Virus record (IMG/VR): IMGVR_UViG_3300046004_001609
Span: 1 to 62,391 of that record
DNA length: 62,391 bases
Strand: one strand, 5' to 3'
From: a virus
Lineage: Duplodnaviria > Caudoviricetes
Below are positions 6,614 through 17,395 of the stretch, in pieces. Position 1 is the first letter of the stretch; every line of letters begins with the position of its first letter. Position numbers and translations under genes: made by a program. The notes below the pieces were generated by a model. The model ran no database searches. It was given only the letters and a program-made list of their open reading frames with translations, and was not told the origin of the DNA.

Positions 6614-7879
6614 ATGGGCGGCTATGGTTTTAGTAGTTTAAATAAAAATTTAAATTCAAAAAATAATAATACTAATTTACTTGAGGTATCAAGTTTAAGT
6701 AGTCTAATCACAGCAGTTAGAGTTATATATATATTACTGGATGATAGTGATCCTATAAAATTTAAAAAATATGGTGGGTGGAATGGGTTAGGTACTATAG
6801 AATATGAATTAGTAACTTCTCCTGGAACTACTTCAAACGCTTTTCCTCTTTATTCAAATTTAAAAAATTACCCATTAATAAATGAGATAGTATATACTAT
6901 TTCTTTTCCTTCTAATTTAATAGGAAAAGCTAATGTTAGTGAAAGAAAATATTATCTAAATACTATAAATTTATGGAATCATCCACATCATAATGCCTAC
7001 CCATCTATAGCTAATGAACCTGATCCTCCACAACAAAAGGATTATATTCAAACTCAATTAGGTAGTGCTAAAATAATTACTGATGAGAATAAACAAATAT
7101 CTTTAGGTAAAACATTTAAAGAAAGATCTAATATACATCCTTTATTACCTTTTGAAGGTGATGTTATACAAGAAGGTAGATGGGGTAATTCAATACGTTT
7201 AGGTAGTACAGTTCAATACACTCCAAACAATTGGTCCACATCCGGAACTAATGGAGATCCTATTACTATTTTTAGAAATGGACAAGGAGAACAAACAGAT
7301 GAAGGATGGATTCCAATTACTGAAGATATTAATAACGATGAATCTTCTATTTATTTAACAAGTACTCAAATTATACCTTTAAAGGCGTCTAGCACTAATT
7401 ATGTAAGTTATGAAGGTTCGGGTTATGAAGCTCCTTCTGCACCAGATAAATTTAATAGTAAACAAATAATATTATCTTCTGGAAGATTAGTATTTAATTC
7501 TAGTAATGATAACATATTATTAAGTTCTGCTAAATCAATTGATTTAAATTCAAAAGCATCAGTTAACATAACTGCAGATAAATTTATAGTTCAATCTAAT
7601 AATACCTATTTAGGTAATATAAAATTAGCAACAGAGCCACTAATGTTAGGTAAAAAAACAACAGATGTATTACGAGATTTAATTAATAAACTTACCCCAT
7701 TAGTCACAGCACTTCAATCAATTCAAACCGCTCCTACTGTACCAGGCGCCCCAGTTGTATTTTTAAATTTAATAGAACCAACAACTAATTTATTAATTGT
7801 ATTAAATTCTTTAAGTAATGAATTAGGAGCTTCTTCAGCAAATTGTACTTTAATTTCTAAAAATAACTTTACAGTATAA
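6614..7879 (+). CDS. Baseplate hub/spike protein (gp5/GpV-like)
   Basis: N-terminal PLINEIV OB-type motif; EGDVIQEGRWGNSIRLGST; beta-rich C-terminus; upstream of gp25/gp6-like genes. Confidence 0.65.
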   Translation: MGGYGFSSLNKNLNSKNNNTNLLEVSSLSSLITAVRVIYILLDDSDPIKFKKYGGWNGLGTIEYELVTSPGTTSNAFPLYSNLKNYPLINEIVYTISFPSNLIGKANVSERKYYLNTINLWNHPHHNAYPSIANEPDPPQQKDYIQTQLGSAKIITDENKQISLGKTFKERSNIHPLLPFEGDVIQEGRWGNSIRLGSTVQYTPNNWSTSGTNGDPITIFRNGQGEQTDEGWIPITEDINNDESSIYLTSTQIIPLKASSTNYVSYEGSGYEAPSAPDKFNSKQIILSSGRLVFNSSNDNILLSSAKSIDLNSKASVNITADKFIVQSNNTYLGNIKLATEPLMLGKKTTDVLRDLINKLTPLVTALQSIQTAPTVPGAPVVFLNLIEPTTNLLIVLNSLSNELGASSANCTLISKNNFTV

Positions 7880-7881
7880 AA

Positions 7882-8982
7882 ATGGCCGGCGAAACTAAAG
7901 AAGAAATATTAAAAAGTGAAAAAGCTAGATCTAATAGATTTGCTATTGGTAATCCTGAAGTAGATCTTACAGCAGCTGTAAAATTAAATAAAGACCCATA
8001 TCTAATTCCCGATGGAATAAATACTGCAGGTTGGAGTTATTTTCAACGATATTTACAAAAATTATATAAAGATAATCCTGAAAAATTACAAGAATTAAAT
8101 ACTAATGAAGGATTTTTAGTTAGTCAACAGATAATAAATGATTTTAACCAAAACTATATTATTAATGTAGGTGATAGTTATGATATATGGAAAGTTCTTC
8201 AAAATGGAAAAATAGAGCGTGTAACAATAAATAGACCAACTGTTACATCTTTTAGATTTTTAGATAGATTTCCAAATGGTTTAATAGATATAGCTACTGT
8301 TAAGGCAGCTCAAAATTACCATTTAATAACAAGTTTTTCAGGAGTAAATAGAGTATTAGTAGATGGGTGGGTAGGTAGTCAAACATCTCAATTAGTATAT
8401 CCTGGAAGATACCTCACATATCTAGAATACTCAGAAGAAGAAGACATAAATGGTAAACCTCTAGGTATACTTACCAAAGATGGTATAGTATCATCTAGAC
8501 CAAAATATAAATCCGGTTTAATCCCAGCAATTTGGGGTAATAGAAGATTTGTAGTAGATGCTAGGGTTGTAGATCAATATATTAATAATGTAGAAACTGG
8601 TGTCATTGCCAGACCTATCCCAGAAAAAATAGGAGACTCAGGAACAGGAGTAATTCCATTTGAATATTTTATTCCCTATGAACCTTCATTACATGATGCT
8701 ACTTTACAGTTTAAAGATCAAGTAAAATTCCCAGGCGCTACTACTCCAGGTAGTTGGGACACAATAGGACAAGAAACCATAGTATATAAAGATCCTACAA
8801 AAATAAATGCTTTTATAAAAGAACAACAATTAAAAGATAAAAAACTTAGATATGTTTCAGATGTTAAACAAACTATTACATCATCTAAAGAAGATATTGC
8901 AAAACAAAAAGCCCTTAAAAAACAAGCTTATCAAGATTCACTAACCAGAAGTAAAGAATTAGCTAAATTATACGCAAAATAA
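7882..8982 (+). CDS. Hypothetical protein, possible peptidoglycan-binding-like segment
   Basis: TVKAAQ...LVDGWVGSQT motif. Confidence 0.7.
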   Translation: MAGETKEEILKSEKARSNRFAIGNPEVDLTAAVKLNKDPYLIPDGINTAGWSYFQRYLQKLYKDNPEKLQELNTNEGFLVSQQIINDFNQNYIINVGDSYDIWKVLQNGKIERVTINRPTVTSFRFLDRFPNGLIDIATVKAAQNYHLITSFSGVNRVLVDGWVGSQTSQLVYPGRYLTYLEYSEEEDINGKPLGILTKDGIVSSRPKYKSGLIPAIWGNRRFVVDARVVDQYINNVETGVIARPIPEKIGDSGTGVIPFEYFIPYEPSLHDATLQFKDQVKFPGATTPGSWDTIGQETIVYKDPTKINAFIKEQQLKDKKLRYVSDVKQTITSSKEDIAKQKALKKQAYQDSLTRSKELAKLYAK

Positions 8983-9951
8983 ATGGCTATACAAGATAAA
9001 ATACCTGTATTATTAGCAAATAAAACTCAAGAATTAGTTGAGTTTGTAGTACCTGCTATAGTAAATTTAGCATTCCAAATTGGTATGGAAAAGTTAGATG
9101 ATACAACAGGTGAAATTGTATTACCTGAACTTTGTATCCCTGCAGTTGAATTACAAAAAGTATTAAATATAAGAAATAATATAGTAAGTAAATTAAACTC
9201 AGCTTCAAAATCAATAGAAGCATTACAAAAACCACTTAATGCTTTAAACACAACTGTAAACATTTCAGACAAATCACTTAAAGCTCTAAATATAGCAATA
9301 TTAGCTGCTGAAATAGCAATTCCATTACTACCCACTTCTGTACCAGGAACACCTAACCCCGCAGGTATAGCATTAACCACTTTAACTAAAATAAAAGATT
9401 TTAAAACACCAATAACTTATAAAATAAATATAGTAAAAAATGGTATTAATTCTATAACAACCACATTAGATTATGTTAATTCAATTTTAAGTCAAATTAT
9501 AACTTTATTAAATTCAATAGATGCATATTTATTAAAATGTGGTGGTGCTACCACAGATTTAACAAACTCAAACGCAAATATAAATGTAAACGCAAATGTA
9601 AACACAAATATAAACACAAATGTAAACGCAAATACAAACGCAAATGCAAACGCAAATGCAAACGCAGATGAAAATAAAAAGTTAACACCATTATCACCAT
9701 ATTTGCTTAATGTTGAACAAAATGCTAATAAGGTAAAAATAGATCCAAATAAAAATGAAATATATCAAGGCTTTTTATTTGAAATTGTTGAAGAACCATT
9801 CTCTCCTACTGTAAATAAAAGAAGAGCGGTGGCCAAGAATAATAATGGTATTATATTGTTACAAACACCTTCGTCATTTACTACTGATACTCAAGTATTA
9901 TTCACAGAACTTAAACTAATAATTGATAAAAATAATTTAAAAGCTAATTAA
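8983..9951 (+). CDS. Hypothetical helical baseplate-region protein with (N-x) repeat
   Basis: Coupled ORF; long amphipathic helices. Confidence 0.8.
   Translation: MAIQDKIPVLLANKTQELVEFVVPAIVNLAFQIGMEKLDDTTGEIVLPELCIPAVELQKVLNIRNNIVSKLNSASKSIEALQKPLNALNTTVNISDKSLKALNIAILAAEIAIPLLPTSVPGTPNPAGIALTTLTKIKDFKTPITYKINIVKNGINSITTTLDYVNSILSQIITLLNSIDAYLLKCGGATTDLTNSNANINVNANVNTNINTNVNANTNANANANANADENKKLTPLSPYLLNVEQNANKVKIDPNKNEIYQGFLFEIVEEPFSPTVNKRRAVAKNNNGIILLQTPSSFTTDTQVLFTELKLIIDKNNLKAN
9571..9666 (+). repeat. In-frame hexamer tandem repeat encoding (N-[AVIT])x16
   Basis: AAYRYA units read directly from the sequence. Confidence 0.9.
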
Positions 9952-9968
9952 TTTAATATTTATAACAA

Positions 9969-10334
9969 ATGAAACAAAACGAATTAAAAGATTTAATTAA
10001 AATTGCCGTAAAAGAAGCAATCCAAGAAGAATTAAAAGATATTCTTTTGGAAGCAATTAAATCAAACAAACAACCAATAAACGAATCTTACCAAGTAGGC
10101 GCAGATAGAACATTAAGATTTAATAGTTCAAACGTTCCTACACAACCTTTAATTACAGCTGTTAACCCAAAACAATCATACATGGATATAATAGCTGAAA
10201 TGTCAAAACCAACTCCGTCAGGATTTGAAGGTGATTTTAAAGTATCAGGTGAAATTAATACAATGTCTGAAGGTAGCGCATTACCTGGTGGACAACTTGG
10301 TTTAGATCAAATAATGAATTTAATTAAAAAATAA
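9969..10334 (+). CDS. Hypothetical protein with N-terminal helical tag
   Basis: Starts MKQNELKDLIKIAVKEAIQEE; late motif at 9956. Confidence 0.85.
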   Translation: MKQNELKDLIKIAVKEAIQEELKDILLEAIKSNKQPINESYQVGADRTLRFNSSNVPTQPLITAVNPKQSYMDIIAEMSKPTPSGFEGDFKVSGEINTMSEGSALPGGQLGLDQIMNLIKK

Positions 10335-10741
10335 TGGCATTCGGAGCAAAAAAAATATTTCCAATTGATACTAAGCCCGGAACGGCTGTAGGAGTATCTA
10401 TTCCTTTTAATGCTCCAAATGTATTTTTTCAAACATATACTACTCAAGATGCTATACGAAATAATTTATTAAATTTCTTTTTAACAAATCAAACAGAAAG
10501 ATATTTAAATAATCAATTTGGAGCAAATTTAAGAGCATTTATATTTGAACAAATATCTTCAGATAATATAACCTCTTTAAAAGAAAATATTCAATTATTA
10601 ATAAGTAAATATTTTAATAATGTAAAAGTAGAAAAATTAGATGTGTTAGAATATCCCGACAATAATGAAATAAATGTTAAATTAACATATAGTATAATCA
10701 ACACTGGTGTAACAGATCAAGTTCAAATATCATTCACATAA
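10334..10741 (+). CDS. Baseplate wedge subunit (gp25/GpW-like)
   Basis: NLLNFFLTNQTERYLNNQFGANLRAFIFE signature. Confidence 0.9.
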   Translation: MAFGAKKIFPIDTKPGTAVGVSIPFNAPNVFFQTYTTQDAIRNNLLNFFLTNQTERYLNNQFGANLRAFIFEQISSDNITSLKENIQLLISKYFNNVKVEKLDVLEYPDNNEINVKLTYSIINTGVTDQVQISFT

Positions 10742-12591
10742 TGGCTGTAAATAAAAATATAAAATACATAAATAAAGATTTTAATGAGTTTAGGACTAAT
10801 TTAATTGACTACTCTAAAACTTATTTTCCTACAACATATAATGATTTTAGCCCAGCATCACCAGGAATGATGTTTATGGAAATGGCAGCGTATGTAGGTG
10901 ACGTTTTATCATTTTATTTAGATAATCAAGTACAAGAAAACTATTTACAATTTGCTCGTCAATCAAATAACTTATTTGAATTAGCATATATGTTTGGTTA
11001 TAAACCAAATGTAACAGGAATAGCAGTTACTAACATAGATTTTTACCAAAAAGTACCATCTAAAATGTCTGGTTCAACATATATTCCTGATTTTGATTAT
11101 ACATTACTTATTAACGGAAATGCTACTGTAACTTCAACAAGTGGGGTTTCATTCCTAATTGCTGACCCAGTAGATTTTTCAGTATCAAGTTCAGGAGATC
11201 CTACCGAAATTTCTGTATATGAAGTTTCAGGAGGAAACCCAACATATTATCTATTAAAGAAAACACGTAAATCTATATCATCTACAATTAATACAAAAAC
11301 ATTTTCATTTAACTCACCTGTTAAATTTTCAACAGTTGAAATAAATGCTACAAATATAGTAGGTATTTTAGATTGTATTGATAATGAAGGAAATACATGG
11401 TATGAAGTAGATTATTTAGGACAAGAAATGGTATTTGATTCAATTAAAAATACAAACACTAACGATCCAAATTTATCTCAATATAATGGGGATACCCCAT
11501 ATTTATTAAAGTTGAAGAAAATACAACGTAGATTTGCTTCTCGCTTTAAAAACTCAAATACATTACAAATTCAATTTGGGTCAGGTACTACATCAGATTC
11601 TGATGAAATAATTATTCCAAACCCAGATAATATAGGTATTGGTCTACCATTTGAACAAACAAAATTAACAACAGCATATGCTCCATCAAATTTTTTATTT
11701 ACAGATACTTATGGGATTGCCCCTTCAAATACTACTTTAACATTTAGATATTTAACAGGGGGAGGAGTATCAGCAAATGTAAATGCTAATAGTTTAACTA
11801 AATTAAATGGTACAACTACTTTTTTAAATGCAAATTTAAATACTACAACAGCAAATAACATATTTGCTTCATTAGCTGTTACTAACCCACAAGCAGCAAG
11901 TGGAGGAGGAGATGGAGATACAATTGAAGAAATTAGACAAAATTCATCTGCTAATTTTGCTAGTCAATTACGTAATGTAACTCAAGATGACTATTTAGTA
12001 AGAGCATTAAGTATGCCTGCTAAGTATGGTAATATAGCTAAAGCATATATTGAACCAACTAAAGCACAAAGTATACAAGCTGGCGAAGCAGCTGGTATAT
12101 TAGATTTATATATTTTAACAAATGATGTTAATGGTAAATTAAATACAGCGTCCTCAGGTTTAAAACAAAATCTGATTACTTATCTTTCTTTATATAGAAT
12201 GATAAATGATGCTATTAATATTAAAGACGGCTTTATAATTAATATAGGAGTTAATTTTGATATTATTATTCTTCCAAATTACAATAGTAATGAAGTTTTA
12301 ACAAAATGTATTACAGCATTGCAAGGATATTTTGCAATTAATAATTGGCAAATAAACCAACCAATTGTACTAAGAGAACTTTATATTCTTTTAGATAAAA
12401 TAGAAGGAGTACAAACAGTAAAAACGATAAATATTTCAAATTTAACTGGAACAAATTTAGGATACTCAGCGTTTGCATATAATATTTCTGGTGCAACTAA
12501 AAATAACGTAGTTTACCCATCGATAGATCCTATGATTTTCGAAGTGAAATATCCTTCTACAGACATTCAAGGTAGAGTAGTATCATTATAA
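10741..12591 (+). CDS. Baseplate wedge subunit (gp6/baseplate J-like)
   Basis: YNDFSPASPGMMFMEMAAYVGDVLSFY; GGGDGDTIEEIRQN; QLRNVTQDDY. Confidence 0.9.
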   Translation: MAVNKNIKYINKDFNEFRTNLIDYSKTYFPTTYNDFSPASPGMMFMEMAAYVGDVLSFYLDNQVQENYLQFARQSNNLFELAYMFGYKPNVTGIAVTNIDFYQKVPSKMSGSTYIPDFDYTLLINGNATVTSTSGVSFLIADPVDFSVSSSGDPTEISVYEVSGGNPTYYLLKKTRKSISSTINTKTFSFNSPVKFSTVEINATNIVGILDCIDNEGNTWYEVDYLGQEMVFDSIKNTNTNDPNLSQYNGDTPYLLKLKKIQRRFASRFKNSNTLQIQFGSGTTSDSDEIIIPNPDNIGIGLPFEQTKLTTAYAPSNFLFTDTYGIAPSNTTLTFRYLTGGGVSANVNANSLTKLNGTTTFLNANLNTTTANNIFASLAVTNPQAASGGGDGDTIEEIRQNSSANFASQLRNVTQDDYLVRALSMPAKYGNIAKAYIEPTKAQSIQAGEAAGILDLYILTNDVNGKLNTASSGLKQNLITYLSLYRMINDAINIKDGFIINIGVNFDIIILPNYNSNEVLTKCITALQGYFAINNWQINQPIVLRELYILLDKIEGVQTVKTINISNLTGTNLGYSAFAYNISGATKNNVVYPSIDPMIFEVKYPSTDIQGRVVSL

Positions 12592-12605
12592 AAATAAAAT
12601 AAACA

Positions 12606-13712
12606 ATGGCCACATATAAAATCTTCCCAACCAAAGATACAACTTTATATTCTATATATCCAGAAATGAATACAGGATTAGATGAAATATTAGAAGCATC
12701 TTTAGAAGTAGGAAATTTAGGAACACCTTCCCCTCAAGCAAGTCGTTTTCTAATTCAATTTGACTCAAATGAAATAACAGATGTTATTAATAATAAAATA
12801 TCAGGTTCACAATGGGAATCTAATTTAAAATGCTTAGTAGCTAATGTTACTGCTTTAAATACAGATACAACTATAAATGCATTTGCTGTTTCTCAATCTT
12901 GGGATATGGGCACAGGTAGATTTGCAAATGTCCCTGAAACACAAAACGGCGCTAGTTGGATATGGAAAAATTATCAAGGAGGAACCAAATGGACTACTAG
13001 TTCATTCTCAGCAGGATCAACAGGATCTTATTCTTCCTCAGTTTCACCTGGAGGAGGAACTTGGTATACAGCTTTATCTTCATCTACTACATTCGGATAT
13101 TACACAGATAAAGATATTATTCTTAATACTACACCAATTGTAACTCAATGGTATACTGGTTCTATTCCTAATGATGGATTTATTGTAAAGCAAAAAGATG
13201 AATTTATGGATAATGAAAATACTCAACCAAAAATGAAGTATTTTTCAATTGACACCCATACCATTTATCCTCCAAGTTTAGAATTTAAATGGGTAGATGC
13301 TACATTTAATACTGGATCTTCTACATTACCAACAATTCGTAAAACACCACTTGTAGTAACTATAGGTGATAACCCAGGATATTTCTACTCAGGAAGTATA
13401 AATCAATTTAGAGTATATTCAAGACCGGAATACCCAGATAGAATATTCGCTACAGCTTCATATTATACTCAAAACTTTTATTTACCAACATCTTCTTATT
13501 ATGCTATAAAAGATTTAGATACTAATGAATATGTAGTAGAATTTGATAAAACATATACCCAATTAAGTATGGATACTACAAGTAGCTTATTTACATTATA
13601 TATGGCTGGATTACAACCAGAAAGATATTATAAAATATTAATCCAAACCACAGTAGATGGAAGTACATTAGTATTAGATAATGATTATTACTTTAAAATA
13701 ATTAATGGATAA
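12606..13712 (+). CDS. Virion structural protein, beta-rich (DNRLRE-like N-terminus)
   Basis: KDTTLYS...NTG...SRFLIQFD pattern; baseplate context. Confidence 0.65.
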   Translation: MATYKIFPTKDTTLYSIYPEMNTGLDEILEASLEVGNLGTPSPQASRFLIQFDSNEITDVINNKISGSQWESNLKCLVANVTALNTDTTINAFAVSQSWDMGTGRFANVPETQNGASWIWKNYQGGTKWTTSSFSAGSTGSYSSSVSPGGGTWYTALSSSTTFGYYTDKDIILNTTPIVTQWYTGSIPNDGFIVKQKDEFMDNENTQPKMKYFSIDTHTIYPPSLEFKWVDATFNTGSSTLPTIRKTPLVVTIGDNPGYFYSGSINQFRVYSRPEYPDRIFATASYYTQNFYLPTSSYYAIKDLDTNEYVVEFDKTYTQLSMDTTSSLFTLYMAGLQPERYYKILIQTTVDGSTLVLDNDYYFKIING

Positions 13713-14062
13713 TGGAAACTGTAAATTTAAATAAAAGAACTTATGCTAAAAGTCAATATCAAAAAGTTATAGATACTAACTTTAATCAATTAGCACAATC
13801 TCCATCTATTACTAACCCAAATATAATAACCCCTACTATATCAGTTGAAGAATTTTTTTCTAAATATGTTCAAATATTTTTTACAATACCTAAACTTGGA
13901 GCTACAAATTCTCATGAGTATCTTGTAAAAACAAGTTTAGAATATATTGGAACAAATCCTGCAAGTAATGAAATAAATGCATTAATTGATGAAATTAATA
14001 TATTACAACAACAAAATTTAGATCTTAATCAACAAATAATAGACCTACAACTTCCTAAATAA
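13712..14062 (+). CDS. Hypothetical structural protein
   Basis: Coupled ORF; C-terminal coiled coil. Confidence 0.75.
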   Translation: METVNLNKRTYAKSQYQKVIDTNFNQLAQSPSITNPNIITPTISVEEFFSKYVQIFFTIPKLGATNSHEYLVKTSLEYIGTNPASNEINALIDEINILQQQNLDLNQQIIDLQLPK

Positions 14063-16350
14063 TGGATAAGATAGTTAATATTCAAAATGTCGACCCAAAC
14101 ACATTTCAGCTGCAAAATTATACTGCGGCTGATGATTCACTTATATCATATTACACAGAAGAAGTAACATTTGATCCTGCAGAAGATTATTTAGAATATT
14201 TTATTTTAGATTTAAATAAAAATATATTATTTAGTAATGTTGCCGGTTATCCTAATTATAGAATTCATAATACGGAAATATTAATTGATCCTCAACAAGA
14301 TTTAGAATTACATGGATACGAAGAAGGACAATATTATACAGTATATAATTTTTTAAGACGAAAGTTATCTTCCTCTCCTAATAGTACATTATATATTCAA
14401 AGTATAAGTACTGATAGAACTGAAGTAAGATTAAATACTACAAGTATATCTAATTTAAATTTAATTACTTTAACAGATGAATTAAAAAAATCATTATCTG
14501 ACCCACTAACACAAGATGTTGATTTTTACTTAGATTTTGGAAATAATAAATTAGTTATTGCTAATAACATATTTTTAGATAATACTAATCCAAGTGATCC
14601 TACAGTATTAATTAAATTATACGAACCATTACCTACTGAATTTATATTACAATCTCAATGTTGGATAGTACAACAAATTGCTGAATCTCAAGCATATCAA
14701 ATTGAATTAACAACTGTATTTACATATACCGAACAACTTAATTATATTAATGGACCTAATTTTAACTTAACTGTACAGGACCAAATTAATAATTCTACAG
14801 CATATATTAACCAAAGTATATTACAACAAAACACTTCAACTGCTGGTTCAGGTAGCTTATTATATCAAATTAATAGTATGCTAGCTGAAAAAGGTATTGA
14901 AATTAATATTGACTTCTCAGATTATTCTCAATTTGTACACTTTTCATCAGCACAAACTAGATTAGAAAACTTCTATTATAAATTAGCATTAATAGAAGAA
15001 TACACTGTTAGTAGTAGCTATTCAAATACATCAACAAGTTCATTTTCAGCTACTAATCAACAAATATGGAATACTAAAATAAATGATATTATAACTAATT
15101 TTGATGGTTATGAATATTATTTATATTACACCTCAGAAAGTCATGCTTGGCCTAAAACAAATAGTACAGCACCATATATTAACTACTCAGTAGGATCAGG
15201 AACAGCTATTAGTTGGTTTAATAATCAATCTATTTCTGCTTCATTTTTTGACTCGGAAAACAATGATGCTTTAATTAACACCATACCTTCATATTTAAGA
15301 GAAGATCCAAATAACGCCCAATATGAGTTGTTTACTCAAATGATAGGACAAAATTTTGACAATGTTTGGGTTTATCTAAAAGATATTACTAGTAAATTTG
15401 ATGCCGACAACAGATTAAATTATGGTATTTCAAAGGATATGGTAGCCCAAGCTATTAGAGACTTAGGAGTAAAAATATATCAAAATAACTTTTCATCAAC
15501 AGATGTATACTCAGCATTATTAGGTTTAACTCCATCAGGTAGTAATTTTAATGTACCTAATATTACTGGATCTTTCCCTACACCTTCTGGATTTGAATAC
15601 ATAAATACATTTATTACAGCATCAGATCCAAATGCCCTTGAACCTTTGGATGATGTTAATAAAGAAATTTATAAGCGCATTTATCACAACTTACCTTACT
15701 TACTTAAGAAAAAAGGAACAGTTGAAGGTTTAAGAACATTAATTACTCTTTATGGTATTCCTGACAGTATAGTTCGTATAAATGAATTTGGAGGTAAATC
15801 AACAACCGTTTCCAACAACTACGATAACTTTCAAAATCAATTTAATTATAAATTTTACACTACTAGTTCAGGTTATATACAAAAAGATATTGTAATATCT
15901 ACAGGTTCTGCTTATGGTATTTATGGCTCAGCAAGTTATAGTCAAGATTATTATGGAGGAGATTCATTTAATGGTAATGGTACATCATCTTTTTCAATAG
16001 AATTTAGGTTTAAAACAGAAGGTATTCCTATAAATTCAGGTAGTTATAATCAAATATTATCATATGCCCCTGAAAATAATTTTGTATTAGTATTAGAATA
16101 TACAGGATCAGGTTATACTACTGGTTCATATAGTGGTGCTCCTGTAGACCCATATAATGAATATGGAACTTTAAAATTTATAGATTTAACAACAAGCTTA
16201 TCATCTTCTTTATATTTACCATTTTTTGATGGTGAATGGTGGTCAGTAATGTATAATTTAAATACACTTGAAAATACGGATTGGTTATTATATGATGGAA
16301 TTTGGAATGATTTAGGTAATTGGTATGATAGTAGTTTCTGGGTAGATTAA
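14062..16350 (+). CDS. Baseplate wedge protein (gp7/P2 GpI-like) with partial LamG-like C-terminus
   Basis: IPSYLRED and LLKKKGTVEGLRTLITLYGI motifs; EFRFKT...FDGEWWSV. Confidence 0.7.
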   Translation: MDKIVNIQNVDPNTFQLQNYTAADDSLISYYTEEVTFDPAEDYLEYFILDLNKNILFSNVAGYPNYRIHNTEILIDPQQDLELHGYEEGQYYTVYNFLRRKLSSSPNSTLYIQSISTDRTEVRLNTTSISNLNLITLTDELKKSLSDPLTQDVDFYLDFGNNKLVIANNIFLDNTNPSDPTVLIKLYEPLPTEFILQSQCWIVQQIAESQAYQIELTTVFTYTEQLNYINGPNFNLTVQDQINNSTAYINQSILQQNTSTAGSGSLLYQINSMLAEKGIEINIDFSDYSQFVHFSSAQTRLENFYYKLALIEEYTVSSSYSNTSTSSFSATNQQIWNTKINDIITNFDGYEYYLYYTSESHAWPKTNSTAPYINYSVGSGTAISWFNNQSISASFFDSENNDALINTIPSYLREDPNNAQYELFTQMIGQNFDNVWVYLKDITSKFDADNRLNYGISKDMVAQAIRDLGVKIYQNNFSSTDVYSALLGLTPSGSNFNVPNITGSFPTPSGFEYINTFITASDPNALEPLDDVNKEIYKRIYHNLPYLLKKKGTVEGLRTLITLYGIPDSIVRINEFGGKSTTVSNNYDNFQNQFNYKFYTTSSGYIQKDIVISTGSAYGIYGSASYSQDYYGGDSFNGNGTSSFSIEFRFKTEGIPINSGSYNQILSYAPENNFVLVLEYTGSGYTTGSYSGAPVDPYNEYGTLKFIDLTTSLSSSLYLPFFDGEWWSVMYNLNTLENTDWLLYDGIWNDLGNWYDSSFWVD

Positions 16351-16363
16351 TATTTATAAATAA

Positions 16364-17395
16364 ATGGGACTTTTATACGCTAAAAATAAAATATATAATG
16401 GTTATGATGGTAATACTATAGGATTTCAAGCATCCGCAAGCGTTTCATCTTCTGCTTTTTCAACTGTAACAAGTGGGAGTTTTTATCTTTCCTCCCCTTT
16501 ACCTTCATTAATTATAGCAGGTAATACATATTTACCATTTAGTGGTTCATTTCAAGAATTAAGATTTTATAAAATTAATTTAAAGGAAAGTTATTTTGAT
16601 GATTATGTAATGGATCCTTATTCAATAGAAGGTAACCAACTTATTGGACCCCAAAGCGCCTTAAACTCTCTAATATTTAGAGCTCCATTAGGAACAGTAC
16701 TAGATAGTGGATCAGATACAACAAGAACATCAATCCACCCAAGAATATCAACAATCCCTCCTGTTCAATCATTTTATTTATCAGGAAGTAGTACATACAC
16801 ATTAAATGGTACATATTCATTTGTACCACAAAACGAAATAATTTACCAAGATCAGTTTCATACTGGTGTAAAAAATGCAGTATCTGAGAAAATTAGAATT
16901 ATTAGTTCATCTTTAGCACCAGGAAATGTTTTATCTCAATATATTTCAATTCAACAACAAACAACACTAGACGAAACATTTACTAAAGATGTTAATTATG
17001 TAGAAGTAGCATTCTCACCTCAAGATGAAGTCAACGATGATATTATATCTCAGCTTGGCTCATTCAATATAGGTAATTATATTGGTGATCCGAGACAAGT
17101 ATCTTCATCATTAACATACTACCCAGATTTTAATGTGTTAAGAAATAGTTACTTCTCTAAATATACTAGTAATTACAATTTATGGGATTATATAAGATTA
17201 ATTAAATTTTATGATAACTCATTATTTAAAATGATTCAAGATTTTACACCTGCAAGAGCAGGTTTAGCAACTGGAATAGTTATTAAACAAACATTATTAG
17301 AAAGAAATAAATACCCGTTACCTCAAGCTACTACAAATAGTGAAATAGCATTTATAGGTAGCCCAACAACACGAACAATTAATATACCGTATTAA
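16364..17395 (+). CDS. Baseplate/tail protein, probable continuation of the upstream gene
   Basis: FSGSFQELRFY (LamG C-terminal motif); FKMIQDFTPARAGLATGIVI. Confidence 0.7.
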   Translation: MGLLYAKNKIYNGYDGNTIGFQASASVSSSAFSTVTSGSFYLSSPLPSLIIAGNTYLPFSGSFQELRFYKINLKESYFDDYVMDPYSIEGNQLIGPQSALNSLIFRAPLGTVLDSGSDTTRTSIHPRISTIPPVQSFYLSGSSTYTLNGTYSFVPQNEIIYQDQFHTGVKNAVSEKIRIISSSLAPGNVLSQYISIQQQTTLDETFTKDVNYVEVAFSPQDEVNDDIISQLGSFNIGNYIGDPRQVSSSLTYYPDFNVLRNSYFSKYTSNYNLWDYIRLIKFYDNSLFKMIQDFTPARAGLATGIVIKQTLLERNKYPLPQATTNSEIAFIGSPTTRTINIPY

